Shown here: positions 1-8,119 of the stretch, in pieces
Position numbering within the stretch: the stretch's first letter is position 1
Layout: every line of letters begins with the position of its first letter
Assembly (NCBI GenBank): GCA_002687795.1
Contig: NZBG01000032.1
Location: forward strand, 1-40,706
Reading direction: 5' to 3'
DNA: 40,706 nucleotides
Source of the DNA: Candidatus Woesearchaeota archaeon
GTDB lineage: Archaea > Nanobdellota > Nanobdellia > Woesearchaeales > GCA-2687795
The notes under the pieces: model-generated
What the model saw: only the letters and a program-made list of their open reading frames with translations
What the model was told of the DNA's origin: nothing
The model's database searches: none
Translations under genes and position numbers: made by a program

Positions 1-414
1 CTGAAAGCAAAAGAGGTTATCAGCATAGAAGGAGTAGGCTCTGTTAATGTTGGAACTGAAAAACCAAGGGTATTTTATTATGCAAATATCCAAAAGAATG
101 TTAAGAAGTTTTCTAACATTGGAGTAAATCCATTAAAAGAAGGCATTATAATGGGTGTAACCGGCACTATTCTGGTGAGCATGGAAAAGATTCCCTTATC
201 CTGCATATTTGCTGAGACTCATACAGAGCTGCCTGACAGCAAAGCTGCTGCAAGAGTAATTGAAACACTAGACCAGTATCTTGGCCTAAAAGTTGATACT
301 AAGCCATTACTAAAACAGGCTGAAATGTTTGAGAGCAAGATAAAAGGCATATTATCCAAGAGCCAGGAAAGCAAGGATCTGCAGGAGAAGAAGAAGATGA
401 GTTATGTAGGATAA
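1..414 (+). CDS. PAC2-family proteasome assembly chaperone-like protein, 5'-truncated by window edge
   Basis: Frame open from base 1 (LKAKEVISIEGVG...); C-terminal motif 'FAETH..LPDSKAAARVIETL..YLGLKVDTKPL..QAE.FE' typical of PAC2/PbaB-like proteins. Confidence 0.75.
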   Translation: MKAKEVISIEGVGSVNVGTEKPRVFYYANIQKNVKKFSNIGVNPLKEGIIMGVTGTILVSMEKIPLSCIFAETHTELPDSKAAARVIETLDQYLGLKVDTKPLLKQAEMFESKIKGILSKSQESKDLQEKKKMSYVG

Positions 415-439
415 ATGCAAATCGGGGATTTGCATTTAT
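411..439. repeat. 13-bp perfect inverted repeat with 3-nt loop, overlapping the stop codon (terminator- or REP-like)
   Basis: ATAAATGCAAATC-GGG-GATTTGCATTTAT. Confidence 0.8.
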
Positions 440-440
440 T

Positions 441-705
441 TCCTCCCCACTATCATAGAACTTCTCGCGTGTCCCACCCCTAACAACTGGTTTAGCACTC
501 GTATAACTATATGAATGGTGCTTAGAATATCTCCCAATTCGCACAACTACTAGAGGGCCCACCCCATCACGAGTATTGTTTACTCGCAGAACTGATAAGA
601 AGGTGTTGATGTTTTTCTTGAGTGTCCCTCCCCTAACAATAAGAGTCGCACTCGCACAATTAAGTAGAAAGTGCTTGATGTTGCCAACTAATTCTAAGAA
701 CTACT
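441..705. repeat. Three-unit degenerate array CCCWCCCC-N16-ACTCG-N16-GTG in a convergent intergenic region
   Basis: Anchors at 473/497/518, 558/582/603 and 626/650/671 with identical internal spacing; partial fourth C-run at 441-448. Confidence 0.75.
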
Positions 706-1315
706 TAGTATCCCCAAGCCCCAGCTCAGGCCATAATGTTCCCTTCTCTCCCTCTGGGAGATATACAGGTCTCTGTAGGTATGTTTTGATAGCTTCCTGG
801 AACCTGTAGGAATACCTGTAAAGCTCTAGCTTAAATGATTCAAGCTCTTTCTTGAAGATTCTCTTATGAAAAAGCTCATTAAAATTCTTTAAAAACGGAT
901 GGTCTCTCCAGCCGGTGCCGCATTCATGCTGCCAATCCATCTCCAGCCTTGACTCAACGATTATTTCCACTTCTCCCCAGTTTGTGTCAAACTTCTGCCC
1001 CTGGTGCATAACCTCTGTTTTCCTTAAATAAATAACCTTAAAATTTACATTAATTATATACCTATAATACTTATCAACCTCCTTCTTAATTCTCCACCAG
1101 ATCATTACCTCATCCCCCTTCTTTGGCTTTTCCCTGTTTAGGTAATAAGTCTCAGGGAAATCTACGCTGGACCTGCTGACAAGGCCTTCTTCAACAAGCC
1201 AATGGTACATCATCCTATAGAGAAGCTTGAGGTGAAAGTAATCCCTATGCTTAATCCTGAATCTTGCTGCTGGCAAGAATATCCTATCAGAGAAAGTATG
1301 TTTTAAATCAACCAT
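701..1315 (-). CDS. Hypothetical protein (204 aa)
   Basis: Long ORF, ATG start, genome-typical codon usage, AT-rich TATA-like sequence upstream; no recognised motif. Confidence 0.75.
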   Translation of the reverse strand: MVDLKHTFSDRIFLPAARFRIKHRDYFHLKLLYRMMYHWLVEEGLVSRSSVDFPETYYLNREKPKKGDEVMIWWRIKKEVDKYYRYIINVNFKVIYLRKTEVMHQGQKFDTNWGEVEIIVESRLEMDWQHECGTGWRDHPFLKNFNELFHKRIFKKELESFKLELYRYSYRFQEAIKTYLQRPVYLPEGEKGTLWPELGLGDTK

Positions 1316-1478
1316 AGGATTTTATTGTTCTTGAAATTATTTAAATCTTTCTTTATGCTTTGCAATCCAGTCCAGGTTCTATTGAGAGCACATAGTAAGA
1401 TTTGAGGATTACATAATAAGGTTTTCTTCTTGTTTTGTCAAAAACTTTATATACTATATGACTACATAATAAGATATT

Positions 1479-1994
1479 TTGTCCCAAAAAGAGGAAAAAA
1501 GGCTGCAAATAGAGAAATCTTTCTTAGTTCAGAATAGAGACATCCTTTTGTCAATTCTAAAATCACTTTCTCCTGAAGAAAAAAAAGAGATTATATCTTC
1601 ACTAAAAGAGCAGGTAAAAGAGGAATTCACTGTGCCTATATCTGTTTTCAGGAACAATAAGCTCAGTTGCCTTGAAACAATCGTGAAATACCTAAAGGAG
1701 AACTATGATCTTAAATTAATCAAAATATCAAAGCTTCTTAACAGGAACAGCAAGACAATCTGGGCAACCTATAACAAGGCGGCAAAGAAATTAGCTAAAA
1801 GATTCATTGCTAAGGAAGAAAATATTTCTATTCCTCTATCAATCTTCAAAAGTAGGAAATACAGCGTTCTGGAATCAGTTGTTGGCTATCTCAAGGAAGA
1901 GCATGAGCTCTCTTATCACCAAATCTCAGAATTACTGAACAGGTCTTACAGAACTATTGCCACAGTTTATAGAAGATACAGGTTAAAGAAATGA
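1479..1994 (+). CDS. Protein with tandem helix-turn-helix repeats (sigma-70 region 4-like), putative regulator
   Basis: Two internal repeats 'IP.S.F...K.S.LE..V.YLKE...L....IS.LLNR...TI...Y'; stop overlaps the next start (ATGA). Confidence 0.7.
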   Translation: MSQKEEKRLQIEKSFLVQNRDILLSILKSLSPEEKKEIISSLKEQVKEEFTVPISVFRNNKLSCLETIVKYLKENYDLKLIKISKLLNRNSKTIWATYNKAAKKLAKRFIAKEENISIPLSIFKSRKYSVLESVVGYLKEEHELSYHQISELLNRSYRTIATVYRRYRLKK

Positions 1995-3244
1995 AAAACA
2001 AGAACAGATTAGGAATTGGAATGCTCTTGTCAATATTAGTATTATTGATATTTATACCTTTAATCACGTCTTTCTCCGGAAATAACTCAGGGTATAGCAT
2101 ACCTATTGGTTATGAAGGCATAGGAACTGGCGTAGGAGAGAGTATAGGAGGGGTTTCTGTGCCTATAAAGAAGTTTAATGTTGACAGGGATTTACTGAGG
2201 GCTGAATTAAAACAAGGAGAAACAAAAAAAGATAGTCTTGTTATAACCAATGAAGGGGAAACTATTCTGGCATTTAGTATAAATGTAATTGGCTTAGAAG
2301 ATATGATTCTTGTTATGGAGAATGATTTTGTATTGCTGCCTGGGGAGTCTAAAGAAATAACGGTATATCTCTCAGCCAGCGAGAACCAGCCTATAAAGCT
2401 ATACACAGGCAAGCTGCTGGTTACAGCAAACTATGAGATGAAATTGATTGCTGTTATTCTGGATGTCACAAAGAAAAAGCCATTGTTTGATATCAACGCC
2501 AAGGTCCATAATGTCACAAAGAAGGTGCTGAAAGGAGAGGATGTTGAGGCTGATATCACTATGATAAATGTAGGAGATTTCAAAGAGATTGATGTTACAT
2601 TGCATTATGCTGTCCGGGATCTTGATGGAAATACAATCAATTTCAGGGAAGAGACAATGGCTGTAAAAGAGAAATTGTCAATCGCAAGAAGGCTAAGGCT
2701 TCCGGAAGATATTGATTATGGCACATACCTGTTCTATGCTGAGGTCAGGTATGGCAAAGAGAAGGCAATGAGCACTGATGTGTTCGAGGTTGTTGAGGTA
2801 AAGCCTGTTGTGGAAGTAAGGAGGTTTGCAAGAATATTAGACTTTAGAAACTATATCCTGATCATGCTGCTGACCATAATATGCATATTGCTGGGAACAA
2901 TAGCCTATAAATCATCCAGGATATTCATGTTCAGGTTTAGGTATAATGAGTTAAAAAGGGAGACAGCTTCATTAAGCGAAAGGAAGCTTGAGATCAAAAG
3001 GAAGTTCAGGCAGCTAAGGAGCGTTGAAGAAGGAATAAATATAGAGAGGTTCAATACTTTGCTATTAAACATAATTTCGAATGTTAAGGAGAACAGGGTG
3101 GATGAGGAAACCATCAGCAGGTATAATAAACTGGTTGATATCTATAACAAGATAAGGCCCAGCAAGATCAGGAGGAAGGATAAGCTTGAATTGTATAGAA
3201 GAGTTGTGTGGATAAGAAAATATTTGATGAGGTATATAGAATGA
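1991..3244 (+). CDS. Secreted/membrane-anchored beta-sandwich (Ig/CARDB-like) surface protein
   Basis: N-terminal hydrophobic signal, beta-rich 'ITNEGET...F.L.PGESKEITV' modules, C-terminal TM followed by a basic cytoplasmic tail. Confidence 0.65.
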   Translation: MKNKNRLGIGMLLSILVLLIFIPLITSFSGNNSGYSIPIGYEGIGTGVGESIGGVSVPIKKFNVDRDLLRAELKQGETKKDSLVITNEGETILAFSINVIGLEDMILVMENDFVLLPGESKEITVYLSASENQPIKLYTGKLLVTANYEMKLIAVILDVTKKKPLFDINAKVHNVTKKVLKGEDVEADITMINVGDFKEIDVTLHYAVRDLDGNTINFREETMAVKEKLSIARRLRLPEDIDYGTYLFYAEVRYGKEKAMSTDVFEVVEVKPVVEVRRFARILDFRNYILIMLLTIICILLGTIAYKSSRIFMFRFRYNELKRETASLSERKLEIKRKFRQLRSVEEGINIERFNTLLLNIISNVKENRVDEETISRYNKLVDIYNKIRPSKIRRKDKLELYRRVVWIRKYLMRYIE

Positions 3245-3594
3245 ATGAAAAACAGCTTCAGCTTTTGGAATGGGTTGGTAAGCTTAAAAACACTGATAAG
3301 CTTATCGTTGTAGAGGGCGTTAAGGATAAAAGAGCTTTGGAGAAGTTCGGGATTGAGGATATTATAACCCTCAAGAAAGCAATCTATAAAACAGCCGAGG
3401 ATATAGCAAAGCAGGAGAAAGATTGCATAATACTTACCGATTTAGATAGGGAAGGCAAGAAACTGTATAAAGAGCTAAGCACAAAGCTGCAAGACCTTGG
3501 AGTCAAGGTTGATAAAAGCTTCAGGGAGTTTCTGTTTAGGAAAACAAAGTTAAGGCAAATAGAGGGTTTGAGGAAGTATTTGGAGAAGCTATAA
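3241..3594 (+). CDS. Small stand-alone TOPRIM-domain protein
   Basis: 'IVVEG.KDKRAL' and 'IILTDLDREG' TOPRIM motifs; ATG at 3241 overlaps the upstream stop. Confidence 0.85.
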   Translation: MNEKQLQLLEWVGKLKNTDKLIVVEGVKDKRALEKFGIEDIITLKKAIYKTAEDIAKQEKDCIILTDLDREGKKLYKELSTKLQDLGVKVDKSFREFLFRKTKLRQIEGLRKYLEKL

Positions 3595-3595
3595 C

Positions 3596-3680
3596 ATGTC
3601 AGAAAAGCAGAGCTTTTCTGAGCATACCAGAGTCGGTGCCGTATCCCCTATCTAAAGGCAGGAGTTTTGGCGCCGACTCT
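3596..3680. repeat. Compound palindromic REP/MITE-like element
   Basis: TCAGAAAAGC-AGA-GCTTTTCTGA (3599-3621); AGAGTCGGTGCC...GGCGCCGACTCT (3629-3680) enclosing an imperfect CCCT..C-TAAA-GGCAGG hairpin. Confidence 0.75.
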
Positions 3681-3724
3681 TAGTACAAAAAGTTATATAA
3701 ATAAAGGCTGTTTATTGAGCTATT

Positions 3725-4576
3725 ATGATTAAAAACCAATTAAAGACTGTTGTGCTTTTAGGGTTATTGACAGGTGTTTTGCTCTGGGTTGGCAACCTTA
3801 TGGGCGGGATGCGGGGCTTAACCTTTGCATTATTTTTCGCTATATTGCTCAACTTTGGCTCATACTGGTTTTCTGATAAGATAGTGCTAAGGATGTATAG
3901 GGCTAAGGAGGTCAATGAGGAGAGCGCTCACAGACTATTTAAATTAGTTAAAGAGGTTTCTCATCTTGCTAATATTCCTATGCCTAAGGTTTATATTATT
4001 CCTACAGATAATTCAAATGCCTTTGCTACAGGCAGGGATCCTAAGCATGCAGCTGTGGCATGCACTGCTGGAATACTGAAGCTTATGAATGATGAGGAGC
4101 TTAAGGGTGTTATTGCACATGAAGTTTCACATATCAAGAACAGGGATACTTTAATCCAGGCAGTTGCTGCAACCATTACAGGCGTTATAGCCTATGTTGC
4201 TATGATAGCCAGATGGGGAGCTATTTTTGGCGGCTTTGGAGGAAGGGATAGGAGAGGAGGATCTGGTTTAGAGCTTCTTATGCTTGCGATTGTTACTCCA
4301 ATCATTGCTGCTATTATACAGCTTGCTATTTCAAGGAGCAGGGAGTATATTGCTGATGAAAGCGCTGCTAAGACGCTGCATAATTCTTATGGATTAGCTG
4401 ATGCGCTTGAGAAGTTAGAGCATGATGCAGCAAGGCATCCTATGAGGTTTGGAAGCCCTTCAACTGCGCATTTGTTTATTGCGAATCCTTTTAGCGGGAG
4501 AGGAATGATGAAGCTGCTTTCTACGCATCCTCCACTTCAGGAGAGGGTTAAGAAGCTGAGAGGGATGAGGGTTTAA
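3725..4576 (+). CDS. htpX: Membrane zinc metalloprotease HtpX (M48)
   Basis: NAFATG, HEVSH (HExxH), SRSREYIAD and STHPP motifs; TM segments. Confidence 0.95.
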   Translation: MIKNQLKTVVLLGLLTGVLLWVGNLMGGMRGLTFALFFAILLNFGSYWFSDKIVLRMYRAKEVNEESAHRLFKLVKEVSHLANIPMPKVYIIPTDNSNAFATGRDPKHAAVACTAGILKLMNDEELKGVIAHEVSHIKNRDTLIQAVAATITGVIAYVAMIARWGAIFGGFGGRDRRGGSGLELLMLAIVTPIIAAIIQLAISRSREYIADESAAKTLHNSYGLADALEKLEHDAARHPMRFGSPSTAHLFIANPFSGRGMMKLLSTHPPLQERVKKLRGMRV

Positions 4577-4580
4577 TCTA

Positions 4581-5615
4581 TTATTTTATATCTAAGACTA
4601 TCTTCTTATCCTTAGCATTAACCTCTTTCACAATCTTATGCCATTTCAGCTTCTCCTTGATTTCATCCCAGCTGTACTTTTCTTTTGCTTTATTGATATC
4701 CTTGATAATGCTTTCAATCAACTGGTATTTAGAATAAATCAGTTCTGCCTTTTTCCTTGATTCCTGTTCATTCTTTTTCAGCTCCTTAATCTTATCTTCC
4801 TGTGTTTGCAGGATAGCGCTTAGCTTGTCTTTCTGTTTTTGGAACCTTAGTTCTTCAGGGCTTTTGGTTTCTGTTTTGTTGGAGGATTCTATTAAGTTGC
4901 TAAAGGTTTTGAATCCTTTTAAGTCTGGTGTTCTGGTTTTTATGGTTTTGAATGCTGAGAATAATGTGCTGGTTTCTTTTTCTTCCAGGAGTGAGGGCTT
5001 TTTGTTTTTGTCAATGTTTGTTAGAGTACATACTTCTTCAGAATAACTTCCACCTAACCCAATCTCTGTGGCTAAAAAAGTAACCAGCTTGTCTTTCTTT
5101 GTTTTCTTTAAGATTCCAGCCAATTCATTCTCCTTTATCTCAAGGAAATTATATTCTTTTTCAGGATATTTGTATGTTATTCCCTTTTTTATTTCTCTCT
5201 GGCTCCACTTCTGCTGCTCTAACTGGCTGATGATTGTGTAGTTTTCATCGCAGAGGATTATGTTTCCTTTGCTGAAGAGTTCGATGATAAGGATATGGCT
5301 GGTTTCTTTTTCTAGGTGGAACTCAATAATTCTTTCAAAGTTTTTCTGGATTATTTTCCGGATTCTGCAGTTGTTAAGATGCTTTCTCAGGAAAATGGAA
5401 AAGTTAGAGGGCTTTTCAACAGCCTCCTTTTTATCAGCCAGGAATATGAAAGAAGGCAGAATTACCTTAAGATAGCTTTTTCCTTTATTTGGCGTATGAA
5501 GCTGTATATAGAGCTCTTTCTTTGAAGGCTGGTAGATATTGTTTATTTTTGAACCTATTAATATCTTAAGTTCCTTTAGCAGATAATATATGTCCAATGC
5601 TGTGAGTTGGTTCAT
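4581..5615 (-). CDS. NFACT-N/HhH half of RqcH/Rqc2-like ribosome quality control protein
   Basis: 'LTALDI..L..EL...IGSKINNIYQ', 'F..FLRKHL', 'NFERII', 'LIIELFSKGNIILCD', 'GLGGSYSEEVC'; ends after the first coiled coil. Confidence 0.8.
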   Translation of the reverse strand: MNQLTALDIYYLLKELKILIGSKINNIYQPSKKELYIQLHTPNKGKSYLKVILPSFIFLADKKEAVEKPSNFSIFLRKHLNNCRIRKIIQKNFERIIEFHLEKETSHILIIELFSKGNIILCDENYTIISQLEQQKWSQREIKKGITYKYPEKEYNFLEIKENELAGILKKTKKDKLVTFLATEIGLGGSYSEEVCTLTNIDKNKKPSLLEEKETSTLFSAFKTIKTRTPDLKGFKTFSNLIESSNKTETKSPEELRFQKQKDKLSAILQTQEDKIKELKKNEQESRKKAELIYSKYQLIESIIKDINKAKEKYSWDEIKEKLKWHKIVKEVNAKDKKIVLDIK

Positions 5616-5679
5616 AAGCTATTCTAATCTTCTATAAGTTTAAAAAATTATCTTAAATATATGAAATATTAGAATTAAA

Positions 5680-5826
5680 TGCGAGAGCCGGGACTTTCAA
5701 ACCTGAGGATGTTCCTCAATAATATTTGAACCCGGGTCTCAACGTGTTTGCATAGCAAACATTCCGAAAACCTATGGTTTTCCGCTATTGGCAACGTCGA
5801 ATACTAGGCCACTATACTACTCTCGC
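5680..5826 (-). tRNA. tRNA-Gly(GCC) with two introns: 43 nt at 37/38 (5746-5788) and 31 nt at 59/60 in the T-loop (5694-5724)
   Basis: Acceptor GCGAGAG/CTCTCGC+A, anticodon arm CGACG-TTGCCA^A-CGTTG, T arm CCGGG-TTCAAA^T-CCCGG; removing both inserts leaves a 73-nt cloverleaf; BHB-like junctions (TTGC/GCAA, TTCA/TGAA). Confidence 0.9.
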
Positions 5827-5891
5827 ATAAGGCTATAGAATTCTGTTTTGTTAATAAAGATTTCGGATAAATCCAGATTTTCCTATGCCTA

Positions 5892-8078
5892 TTATATCCC
5901 GCCCATAATAGCCCCGGCAACAAGATTGAACAATACCATAACTATCAAAGATATTATGGAATACAAAACAACGCTTTTGGTCATATTGCTTCCTATCATA
6001 TACCTCTCGTTTAGCTTATCGCTTCCATTTTCTATGCCGTTTGTCAATATGCTCATTATATAGATTGTCTCGATTACATACAGGCCTACAATTATCTGAA
6101 AATGAAATGTTGTTACACCATCGCTAAACAATTCAGACAAGCCAGCCATACCCCCTGCAGCTGCTTCCCCTCCTCCAGTAGCTTTCTTTAACAAAGGCCC
6201 AAGGTTGCCTATTATTGATGTTATCATTGAGGTAATTCCAACAACAATCCCGGAGATAGCAGGGGCAAGGAATTTTATCTGTGATTTCATCGAGCTGATT
6301 ATTTCAGCCAGCAAGTCTTTTAGCCTTTCATTGACCTTATGAATCTCTTTAATATACCTTGCAACATTAGTCAATGCCTGGGCAGCAATCTTCGGCCCTT
6401 TTTTAATGCTCTCAATCAAAACCTTCATTGAGCTTTCTATTATGTTAGAAGGAAAATAAACCAATGCACCTGTTGTGGGGTTAAATATCGCATCCTTAAC
6501 GCCAAGGCCAAGCTTTCTTATATTTGTTGATACCATTGCAAAGAAATTTCCGGAAACGGTGCCTTCCATCGTATCAGACACTTTACTAAAGGCAATCTCA
6601 GCAGGCAATCCATCTCCAAGCCTGTTGCCTAACTGAAACAATGCAGAAGCAAATTCAGCCTCAAGTTTTTTGGTATTTTCTCTTACCTTGATAACATTCT
6701 TTGATCTGAGCTTGAAGTAAATCCCAATACTTAATCCAACACCTAATGTTACGAAAACGCTAAGCACAGACGCTCCCAACCCAAAAGGGCCTATTATCTT
6801 GCCAACCATAGAGCCTTCCGTTGCGCTGCTCTCCCTATATCCCAGAAAACAATACTGCCTGCCGCAGGAAGAGCCTTCAAGCTCCCTGCCAAAGCCAAAA
6901 TCAGGGAAACCCATGGCATGCAACAGTATGGGGCTAAGGCCTACAATAAGGAAAATCATTGCAATAAAAACACTCAGCCATAGAGGATTTATCTTAATCT
7001 CCACTCCGCCTAAATTAATCAGTATATTTCTGTATTTCCTTAATTCTGGATTAGTCTCTGCTATATCAGAATCTCCATAACCCGTTGGTCTCCTAGCTAA
7101 AATGCTCTTGCCTAAATAAAAGGTTCCAATAGGCAATAATACATTATACAATGTAGCAATATGATACCATCTGACCTCAGACATAAAACTAACTATTAAA
7201 GGAAGTATAACAAGGCCTAATATGGGCATTATTATACCCAGCATATGCAGCATGGTTATTGGACTTTTGAGGTTCTGTGCATAATGAAGCATCTTTTCAT
7301 AAGTCTCTTCAAGGATAACATCAAGTGATTTATCCAGCATTGTCAGCCTTCTTTCCTCTGAGCCTTCATATAAGGAAGATTCTATCAAATGAAAGCTCTC
7401 GATAAACTCCCTGTTCCATTTTCTCCATGTGTCCAAATAACTGTCTAATGATTCTTTTACTGACTCATATTTCTCAGTTTCAACATCCCATAAAACCTTT
7501 TTAAGGTCAAGGGACAATGGCGGGCTTAGATGCTCAGAAGCAAAATCAAGCGCAAGCTCAAGGTTCGAGGTATGCCTCATATAGGTAACCACATAGAATA
7601 TGCATAACACCATCTGGTTGCTTGCCTTCATCCTCCAGCTGTTAGCAATGAAATCAGGGAGGCTTTTTAGGGGGGCTATAAGCAAAGCACCTACTAAAAA
7701 CGAGATTAAAACAAAAAAGACTCCTCCAGTCAGAACAAAACTTATCAGGCTGCCAAACAGGATGATTAAAATCGGCGCAAGGAGCGAGAGTGATGTTGAT
7801 CCTGTAGGTGTTATATTAAGATGGCATATATTGATTGATTCCCAGAGCTCTTTTTCCCTTTTGGCGTCTGGCTTTATCTTAAGTATCTTCTCGCTGATAT
7901 TACAGAGCTTCTCATAGAAAGATAAATGAGTTGGGGTTATCTCCTGCTTAAACTGCTTATACTCCATGGAGAAGATTACTTTAGATGTTTTTTCAACAGG
8001 AATATTAAGCTGAGTTTTAATCCTCTCTTTATATTTTCTAACTAATTCATTTATTTCCCTTTTTTCTGCAGCAGGAAT
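5892..8078 (-). CDS. Large TadC/ArlJ-like (T2SS F-family) pilus platform membrane protein; probable start is ATT at 8078
   Basis: Two F-family-like halves with multiple TMs, downstream of a VirB11-type ATPase; frame open 37 codons upstream of the ATG at 7967, with SD GAGGTGA (8085-8091) 6 nt before ATT. Confidence 0.75.
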   Translation of the reverse strand: MPAAEKREINELVRKYKERIKTQLNIPVEKTSKVIFSMEYKQFKQEITPTHLSFYEKLCNISEKILKIKPDAKREKELWESINICHLNITPTGSTSLSLLAPILIILFGSLISFVLTGGVFFVLISFLVGALLIAPLKSLPDFIANSWRMKASNQMVLCIFYVVTYMRHTSNLELALDFASEHLSPPLSLDLKKVLWDVETEKYESVKESLDSYLDTWRKWNREFIESFHLIESSLYEGSEERRLTMLDKSLDVILEETYEKMLHYAQNLKSPITMLHMLGIIMPILGLVILPLIVSFMSEVRWYHIATLYNVLLPIGTFYLGKSILARRPTGYGDSDIAETNPELRKYRNILINLGGVEIKINPLWLSVFIAMIFLIVGLSPILLHAMGFPDFGFGRELEGSSCGRQYCFLGYRESSATEGSMVGKIIGPFGLGASVLSVFVTLGVGLSIGIYFKLRSKNVIKVRENTKKLEAEFASALFQLGNRLGDGLPAEIAFSKVSDTMEGTVSGNFFAMVSTNIRKLGLGVKDAIFNPTTGALVYFPSNIIESSMKVLIESIKKGPKIAAQALTNVARYIKEIHKVNERLKDLLAEIISSMKSQIKFLAPAISGIVVGITSMITSIIGNLGPLLKKATGGGEAAAGGMAGLSELFSDGVTTFHFQIIVGLYVIETIYIMSILTNGIENGSDKLNERYMIGSNMTKSVVLYSIISLIVMVLFNLVAGAIMGGI

Positions 8079-8119
8079 GATATGTCACCTCTTTTCAAAC
8101 CAAAAATATTATCTTTCTT

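Noticed and set aside
441-705. CRISPR array
   Set aside because: No identical 23-47 bp repeats, uneven unit period (85 and 68 bp), no cas genes or leader.
299-809. ORFs 299-562(-) and 576-809(+) as proteins
   Set aside because: They overlap real genes on the opposite strand, cross the repeat array and have atypical composition.
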